A stretch of DNA of 31,549 nt from Clostridia bacterium (GTDB lineage: Bacteria > Bacillota > Clostridia > Oscillospirales > CAG-272), in NCBI GenBank assembly GCA_017407375.1, contig JAFQWT010000095.1:1-31549 (forward strand). The letters are read 5' to 3'. Under the pieces are notes generated by a model that saw only the letters and a list, made by a program, of their open reading frames with translations, was not told the DNA's origin and did no database searches. Every line of letters starts with the position of its first letter. The stretch's first letter is position 1. Position numbers and translations under genes: made by a program. This document shows positions 26,373 through 31,549 of this stretch, piece after piece.

Positions 26373-27782
26373 TTACATTTTCGCGCTTTGGGGCGCGTTT
26401 CCCGCGGGGAGTGGCTCGGCTTCGGCCTGCGGCGGGGCAAATTCCCGCTTCAGGCGCTTGACGGTCGGGAAGAAGAAAAAGCAAAGCGTGATGCCCGAGG
26501 CCACCCAGCCGATCGGCCAGATGAGATAGAGAAAGGAGAGCGAGGGCACAAGCGGGAAAACGAGGTACACCCACGGGAAGCGTATGGCGCACATAAAGAG
26601 CATCGTGCAGACCATCGGCACGATCGGACGCCGCATGCCCTTCAGCGAAACGCCCAGGGTCTCGTTGATGCCCATCAGGAAATACATGCTTGAGACGATC
26701 ACCATCTTCTGCCGTGCGTATTCAAGCACCACGGGGTGGTCGGACATCAGGGAGGCAAGCGGAGTGGAGAACAAGGCCGAGAGCGCACCGCCACCGCCAC
26801 CGATGAGCAGGGTGATGAGCATTCCCTTCCAGACCGCCTCCAGGGCGCGCTTGACGTTCTTATTGCCCACGTTCTGGCTGACGTACGGCATCACCGCGTA
26901 GGTGGGGGCCATGGCCAGCTGATAGATGAGGCCGTCAAAGGTATTGGCGATCGCAACGCCGGCCGTGGCGTATTCGCCAAAGGTATTGACGGTGGAGGTG
27001 ATGATGACATTGGCGATCGAATACAGCGCCTGCTGGGCGCCCGTCGGAACGCCGATGAAGAGCATCTCCCGAAGCTCCCCCGAATACAAGCGGAGGTGCT
27101 TCCGCTTCAGCACCACGGCGCCGTCGTTTTTGACGATCGCACGCAGGCACATAAAGCACATATAGCCCCAGGAGAGGATCGTGGCAATGCCAACGCCCAG
27201 GACGTTCAGACCGAGAACGACCACAAAAAGGAAGGTCAGCCCCGCCTTGATCGCGCCGCCCATCAGGGAATAGACCATCGTACGCCGCGTGTCGCCCGCC
27301 GCCCGAAGGATACCCGCGCCGAAGTTATAAAGCATCAGGAGCGGAACGCCGAGAAAATACAGGCGGAAATACTGCACGGCCGATTCCATCAAAACGTCCG
27401 AGCAGTTCAGCATTCGCATAAAGAGCGGGGCAAACGCGATGCCGATCACCGAGAGCAGCGCGCCGCCAAACATCGCAAACAGGATCGACGTGCCAATGCT
27501 TCTTTGCACCCTTTCGCTGTCACCGCGGCCGATCGCCCTGGCAATGACCACCGTATTGCCTGCGGAAATACCGATGAGAAGCCCCGTGATCAGGGAGATC
27601 AGTGTGGAGCTGACGCCCACCGCGCCCGCCGACAGCCCGTCCGAGCTTGCGGCCTTGAGCATGGTCATATCGAGAATGTTGTAGAGCGACTGCAGCACGT
27701 TCATGACCATAATGGGCATCGTGACTGTCAAAAGCCCCTTGAAAACGGAGCCCGAAAGCATATTGACTTCCCGCTTTGTCAT
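26373..27782 (-). CDS. MATE family efflux transporter
   Basis: VNMLSGSVFKGLL...QSLYNILD, ILRAAGDTRR, GVLGVGIAT-like, IGVPTGAQ; about 12 hydrophobic segments; start ATG 27782. Confidence 0.93.
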   Translation of the reverse strand: MTKREVNMLSGSVFKGLLTVTMPIMVMNVLQSLYNILDMTMLKAASSDGLSAGAVGVSSTLISLITGLLIGISAGNTVVIARAIGRGDSERVQRSIGTSILFAMFGGALLSVIGIAFAPLFMRMLNCSDVLMESAVQYFRLYFLGVPLLMLYNFGAGILRAAGDTRRTMVYSLMGGAIKAGLTFLFVVVLGLNVLGVGIATILSWGYMCFMCLRAIVKNDGAVVLKRKHLRLYSGELREMLFIGVPTGAQQALYSIANVIITSTVNTFGEYATAGVAIANTFDGLIYQLAMAPTYAVMPYVSQNVGNKNVKRALEAVWKGMLITLLIGGGGGALSALFSTPLASLMSDHPVVLEYARQKMVIVSSMYFLMGINETLGVSLKGMRRPIVPMVCTMLFMCAIRFPWVYLVFPLVPSLSFLYLIWPIGWVASGITLCFFFFPTVKRLKREFAPPQAEAEPLPAGNAPQSAKM

Positions 27783-27861
27783 GGTTCCTCTCCCCAAAAG
27801 CTCCCATGGATTTTCTCTATCATAGCAAGCGAAAAACGGTCGGTTGAGAAAGCTACTACTA

Positions 27862-28566
27862 TTATAATAAAAACTTTAATTTTTCAGCAACCGTTTGATA
27901 ATCGGAAATTTCTATGTGATCCATACCATAGATGCGAATATGGCTGTCTCCGCCGCCGTCGCCAAAGTCATCGCCTACGTACAGTATTTCTTCTTTCTTG
28001 TACCCATTCTCCTTGGCGTACGCCATGATCGCATCGTATTTGTTATACTTTTTTTCCGTAAAATCAAAAGAGGATGAACCGCCTATATACACCGTGTAAT
28101 CGGGAAAAAGCTCTAACACTTCGGGATATAGCACCCGGCGCTTTTCTCTTGTGGGATCAAAAGCGATCTTATCCGCAACATCGGCTTTTGTTCCCAGCAA
28201 CGGAAGGGTCACCATCCCCGTCGCGTGGAATTCCACGCTTTCGCCTTTGTAGTGCGTATATCCGTATTTTTGGCGCAAATATTCCGCTTTTTCAAGGAAA
28301 TATTCTTTATCGGGCGCTGTCGTAATTTGGCGCACGACCGTAAAGCGTCCGTCCACCATTTTGCTTTCTTCCATGCCGTAATTTGCGATGATATCTATGG
28401 GGTATTCCCCCATTTGCGTGTAAATTCTTTTTGCCGCGCCCGCACCCACCATTATCACTTTATATTTTTCTTGAAGTCTGTCCAAAAGCTCTTTTTTGTC
28501 GTCCTCCAAAGGGGAACGGTGTTGCGTGAGCGTTCCGTCCAGATCAAAACAGATCAACCGTTTCAT
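27862..28566 (-). CDS. HAD-IIB family hydrolase, eukaryote-type phosphomannomutase-like
   Basis: CFDLDGTL, IGGSSSFDF, YNKYDA, LYVGDDFGDGGGD; visibly lower GC than the genes to its left. Confidence 0.85.
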   Translation of the reverse strand: MKRLICFDLDGTLTQHRSPLEDDKKELLDRLQEKYKVIMVGAGAAKRIYTQMGEYPIDIIANYGMEESKMVDGRFTVVRQITTAPDKEYFLEKAEYLRQKYGYTHYKGESVEFHATGMVTLPLLGTKADVADKIAFDPTREKRRVLYPEVLELFPDYTVYIGGSSSFDFTEKKYNKYDAIMAYAKENGYKKEEILYVGDDFGDGGGDSHIRIYGMDHIEISDYQTVAEKLKFLL

Positions 28567-28646
28567 AGTGCACCGCCTTTCTTCGAGCTATTATACCATA
28601 ATACCGAACATTTTTCAACATAACACAAAAATGCTTTTCGCCCCTC
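28561..28646 (-). repeat. 86-bp direct repeat, copy 1 (promoter + RBS + ATGAAA of the HAD gene)
   Basis: 84/86 identical to 30930-31015. Contains TTGAAA-N17-TATAAT (with TG), the AAGGCGGTG RBS and the start codon. Confidence 0.95.
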
Positions 28647-28673
28647 TTGGCTTAGTAGGACAAAATTGCAACT
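28639..28673. repeat. 35-bp direct repeat, copy 1 (putative attR-like junction)
   Basis: CGCCCCTCTTGGCTTAGTAGGACAAAATTGCAACT is identical to 29223-29257. Confidence 0.92.
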
Positions 28674-28884
28674 CGGAATATTGAATGAAGCATCGCCTAA
28701 CGGTGATATGAAGCACTCGCTACGCTCGCATGATGCGTTTGCTTCGCAAACATGAAGCGAAGCGCACACTAACCTCTCCGTGTGCCGAAGGCACGCTTCA
28801 TAGAGCGAAGCTCTGCTTCATTTTTCATGCACCGCAAGGTGCGCTTCACCCCAAAAAGCACTTGCTTTCGCAAGTGCTTTTTTC
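28653..28884. mobile_element. ORF-less structured mini-element (TGAAGC/GCTTCA hairpin stack plus terminator) between two TGGCT cores
   Basis: Repeated TGAAGC+hairpin units followed by hairpin+GCTTCA units, then a terminator at 28853-28883; bounded by TGGCT at 28648-28652 and 28885-28889. Mobility is inferred. Confidence 0.5.
28853..28883. terminator. Bidirectional intrinsic terminator
   Basis: AAAAAGCACTTGC-tttc-GCAAGTGCTTTTTT, directly 3' (minus strand) of the tRNA-end-like sequence. Confidence 0.88.
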
Positions 28885-29176
28885 TGGCTCCCCCTGCTGG
28901 GTGAGCAAAACCAAAACGCCACGGGGCGGCGTTTTGGCGAAGCGAAGTCCTCGGCGCAGGGAGTTGAAGGAGCATCTATGATGCGACACGCAACGACCAT
29001 GCGGCAGGACAGGCCGCGTAGCGGGAACCTGCGACAGCTTGCGGAGCAAGCAGTCGGTGAACGGGCAGTGCCACGACCAAGGCAGGGGCGCTCGAATACC
29101 TAAAGGTACTTCCTCGCTCCGCTCGGTCGCCGCGTCGCCTTCGGCGCGCTGCCCCGTTCACCAGCAGGGGGAGCCA
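28885..29176. repeat. 292-bp structured segment bounded by 16-bp perfect inverted repeats resembling a tRNA-Asn 3' end
   Basis: TGGCTCCCCCTGCTGG (28885-28900) / CCAGCAGGGGGAGCCA (29161-29176), with several internal hairpins. Confidence 0.85.
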
Positions 29177-29222
29177 AGAGGGGCGCAAAAAAACAAAAGA
29201 AAAGGAGCGCACTTTGTGGGTG

Positions 29223-29257
29223 CGCCCCTCTTGGCTTAGTAGGACAAAATTGCAACT
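29223..29257. repeat. 35-bp direct repeat, copy 2 (putative attR-like junction)
   Basis: Identical to 28639-28673; marks the switch to very AT-rich sequence. Confidence 0.92.
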
Positions 29258-29328
29258 TATAGATTATTAGGATAAAAAGTGCAAGAGAATACTTTCCAAC
29301 ATTGACTTTTGAATAATGCTAATTTCAC

Positions 29329-29919
29329 TCAAAGTTCGCTTTTTGAATCATTAGAGTGCTCTTTGATCGAATCAATAAACTTTTCAATGACTGGATATCC
29401 CCCTGCCGAATAGCGGAACTGTGATAACGTGGATCCTTTTGTAGCGTCTTTCAAAAAGGAAAATTGCTCCTCTATCGTTTCTCTATCAACAATCCCCAAA
29501 TCCCATGCGATCAAAACAGTTTCAAGCGTATTCAAATATGTAATAACATGCCACCGCAATTCGGTCAAAATTTTTCCATCCACAACATTACTGTCTTTCA
29601 AGCAACATCCTGCGCATGCTTCCTTGCCCAATGAGCAAAACTTACAAATATCTTTTTTGGTTTGAGGCAAAACCTCAAAAGCCTCGTGCTTATACAAAGA
29701 TATTGCCTGATCATTATTAAGTTTTCTTGCCACCTGCTCCGCAATGCACGTATCTTTTTTTACACAATCACACCATGTAAGCATATAATTAATCGTGTTT
29801 TCTCTTCGGTGTTCCTCATGCTGTTCCTTGATTTGTTTCTTCAGCAAGAAAATTTGTGGGATAATAAGCCCGGCGGAAATGAAAAGAATTGCTACCTCAA
29901 CAATTGATACAAATACCAT
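29329..29919 (-). CDS. DUF4760-like membrane-anchored protein
   Basis: N-terminal TM segment followed by a coiled coil, then YLNTLETVLIAWDLGIVDRETIEEQF, which resembles the DUF4760 core. GGAGG RBS favours ATG 29919 over 29934; TGcTAAAAT at 29957-29965. Confidence 0.65.
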   Translation of the reverse strand: MVFVSIVEVAILFISAGLIIPQIFLLKKQIKEQHEEHRRENTINYMLTWCDCVKKDTCIAEQVARKLNNDQAISLYKHEAFEVLPQTKKDICKFCSLGKEACAGCCLKDSNVVDGKILTELRWHVITYLNTLETVLIAWDLGIVDRETIEEQFSFLKDATKGSTLSQFRYSAGGYPVIEKFIDSIKEHSNDSKSEL

Positions 29920-30114
29920 TTTAAAATCCTCCATCCATAATAGGATTATTTTTATTATTTTAGCATAAAATTATCCAAAAAACAACAATTCCCTTAAAAA
30001 CATTTTGGATTTTACCGCCATGTCAAGAGCCGGTTTCCATACACCGCACTCCGCGCGGTGATTCCATGCCACTCCTTTAGATCGGATAGCAAAAAAACAA
30101 CTTTAAAAATTGGC

Positions 30115-30582
30115 CTATTTCAACCCCAATTGTTCCCTTCTGATCTGTTCCTCTAACTCTTTTTTCTCTTTGTTTATCCTCTCTTGAATTTCTTTGCCTT
30201 TCTTACTTCTGAACAAAACTCCGCCAATAATATAGGCGAGAATATACGGCGCAAGTCCGATTAGTTTCCAATATGACGACAAAAAGAAGATCAAAGGCAG
30301 CTCAAAAGGAATGCAAAGCAAAAACGAATGCTTCAAGTATACATATTGACACGCTTGTTCTTCCTCGGTTAATCTGATCATTTTGCCCACAGGATAAGCG
30401 GTTTCACTGATATCGTTCTTTCTCGTATCTTCTTTAAAAAGCATTATCTGAAATAACATCAGAGCAATAAGAAAAATAGGAACTAAAGATAAACTATGAA
30501 CCTGTATATATAAAGGAAAAGCAACTAAAGACACCATGTTTATAGCAATATGAGCACCGTAATAAACCGTCAGCTTTTTCAT
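30115..30582 (-). CDS. Hypothetical membrane protein (about 4 TM segments)
   Basis: Hydrophobic segments and a charged C-terminal tail. Its ATG overlaps the four-helix-bundle stop (ATGA), with an AAAGGAG RBS. Confidence 0.75.
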   Translation of the reverse strand: MKKLTVYYGAHIAINMVSLVAFPLYIQVHSLSLVPIFLIALMLFQIMLFKEDTRKNDISETAYPVGKMIRLTEEEQACQYVYLKHSFLLCIPFELPLIFFLSSYWKLIGLAPYILAYIIGGVLFRSKKGKEIQERINKEKKELEEQIRREQLGLK

Positions 30583-30935
30583 TGCTTGTTCTCCTTTGCG
30601 GTATTGATGGAAGCGACAAGTATTCTCTTGATTTCCAAACAATCATTTAGCAAAGATTTCCCCATATCATCTGCTATATATTCAGACATGGCAAGTAATT
30701 TCAGCCAATATTCTGTTTCTGCGGTTTCTTTCAAGGCAATATGCATTTTAGAGATAAAATCAGCTTTGCTTTGACCGTAATTTGCTTCATTTATATTCGC
30801 ACCGATGCTTGTACCGCTACGAACAATTTGCTTTGAAATTATCGTTTCTTTCTTCGTCTTTATCAAGTATTGATGAAGCTTTATGATGCGAGAAGCAAAA
30901 GCGATCGATTTATCAATAAGCAAATTTTCTTTCAT
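30579..30935 (-). CDS. Four helix bundle protein (TIGR02436 / 23S rRNA IVS-protein-like family)
   Basis: DKSIAFASRIIKL, SKQIVRSGTSIGANINEA, DFISKMHIALKETAETEYWLKLL. Confidence 0.93.
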   Translation of the reverse strand: MKENLLIDKSIAFASRIIKLHQYLIKTKKETIISKQIVRSGTSIGANINEANYGQSKADFISKMHIALKETAETEYWLKLLAMSEYIADDMGKSLLNDCLEIKRILVASINTAKENKQ

Positions 30936-31015
30936 AATGCACCGCCTTTCTTCGAGTTATTATACCATAATACCGAACATTTTTCAACATAACACAAAAA
31001 TGCTTTTCGCCCCTC
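30930..31015 (-). repeat. 86-bp direct repeat, copy 2 (promoter + RBS + ATGAAA of the four-helix-bundle gene)
   Basis: 84/86 identical to 28561-28646; offset 2369 bp. Confidence 0.95.
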
Positions 31016-31030
31016 CGGAGAAAAGCACCA

Positions 31031-31135
31031 TAATTCTTCATTATTCATCTGCGAAGCGGCTTCATTCTTCATTATTCATTCAAAATCCGCTCTTACCTAA
31101 TGAATGATAAATGATGAATGATGAAAAATGAATAA
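31031..31135. repeat. Low-complexity TTCATT/AATGAA inverted repeat (about 7-nt periodicity)
   Basis: ATTCTTCATTATTCAT twice (31033-31048, 31065-31080) faces AATGAATGATAAATGATGAATGATGAAAAATGAATAA (31099-31135). Confidence 0.8.
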
Positions 31136-31140
31136 TACAA

Positions 31141-31176
31141 ACAAAAATCCGCCTTCTTACGAAAGCGGATTTTGTT
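31141..31176 (-). terminator. Terminator after the last gene
   Basis: ACAAAAATCCGC...GCGGATTTTGT adjoining the stop at 31176. Confidence 0.7.
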
Positions 31177-31549
31177 TATTCTTTTTCCTGCAGTAAATTC
31201 TCAAGAGTTTCCTTTAACTTTCTCGCAGGCTTTACAAATGTAAAATGTAATATCAGCAGCATAATGGGAAAAGTCACTATGAGTAGCAACGACAGCAAAT
31301 ATATTGGCACAAACACGATCAACGTAAGAATATTCATTCTTAGAACGACGGATACAGATGTGATGCCTTCATTTTCGTCAATTTTTGCCCTTGCTATAGG
31401 AGCAAAAGGATTCTGAGTATGTCCTCCCGAATACTTTACATTTTTTTCGGCAAGAAAAAATCCATTTTCCGATACCGTTCCGTAATAATCTGTATATGCG
31501 GGATCAGCAAAGGAGCTTACCTTTTGCAGCACCTCTTGCTTTTTTAATT
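31176..31549 (-). CDS. Hypothetical membrane protein, probably truncated by the window edge
   Basis: The frame stays open past GTG 31532 to the window end; C-terminal hydrophobic hairpin. Confidence 0.65.
   Translation of the reverse strand, partial: LKKQEVLQKVSSFADPAYTDYYGTVSENGFFLAEKNVKYSGGHTQNPFAPIARAKIDENEGITSVSVVLRMNILTLIVFVPIYLLSLLLIVTFPIMLLILHFTFVKPARKLKETLENLLQEKE

Noticed and set aside
26305-26410. Possible REP-like hairpins near the MATE 3' end
   Set aside because: Only weak, imperfect stems, with no second copy in the window.
47-28028. Many long alternative-frame or antisense ORFs (e.g. 47-1060+, 1087-1902+, 9203-10975-, 11039-12277-, 14109-15284+, 20314-22680+, 23170-24330+, 26736-28028+)
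   Set aside because: They shadow well-supported genes on the opposite strand, lack family motifs and RBSs, and are expected from GC-rich codon usage.
28885-29176. Complete or intron-split tRNA gene
   Set aside because: Only 16-17 nt of a 3' end are present. I could not find a matching 5' acceptor strand, D arm or anticodon arm on either strand.
28730-29239. Small ORFs across the structured region (60-83 aa)
   Set aside because: They have no RBS or motif support, and the sequence is better explained as hairpin-rich non-coding DNA.
30023-30078. 14-codon ORF MESPRGVRCMETGS with an AAAGGAG upstream, on the minus strand
   Set aside because: The SD is only 4 nt from the ATG, the ORF is very short and there is no recognisable motif. 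It could be a gene remnant but cannot be supported.
30579-30935. Diversity-generating retroelement or 23S rRNA intervening sequence
   Set aside because: The window has no reverse transcriptase, no TR/VR pair with adenine-specific mismatches and no rRNA.

Overview
Chromosomal window from a GC-rich Firmicute. The gene content suggests Clostridia/Oscillospirales-like gut or rumen bacteria (inference, no database search). The left part (1-18.5 kb) is carbohydrate metabolism: a Gfo/Idh/MocA oxidoreductase plus sugar isomerase/epimerase pair with a divergent AraC, a GH39-like hydrolase, a frameshifted SGNH esterase, a YwlG-like gene, AraC plus GH35 / DUF4091 (GH123-like) / GH35, an Asp/Glu racemase, and an operon of a motif-degenerate FN3-GH28, Cof-HAD, B3-like metallo-hydrolase and CE15-like esterase. 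A non-coding array of about 3.6 copies of a 101-bp hairpin-rich unit lies at 12998-13357. From 18.6 to 24.8 kb are uncharacterised genes: two DUF1835/DUF3658 paralogues, and a 1172-aa mosaic protein with a 291-aa partner. Then come fucU, ppa and a MATE transporter. From about 27.85 kb to the end is an AT-rich accessory region (PMM-like HAD, DUF4760-like protein, membrane proteins, four-helix-bundle protein). Its most striking part is 28561-29257. Four sites there share an AGCCA core and combine four arms like attB/attL/attR sites of an element targeting a tRNA-Asn-like 3' end. They bracket two ORF-less structured mini-elements. An 86-bp promoter+RBS+ATG module is also duplicated in front of two unrelated genes (28561-28646 and 30930-31015). 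No complete tRNA, rRNA, CRISPR array, integrase or transposase was found in the window.
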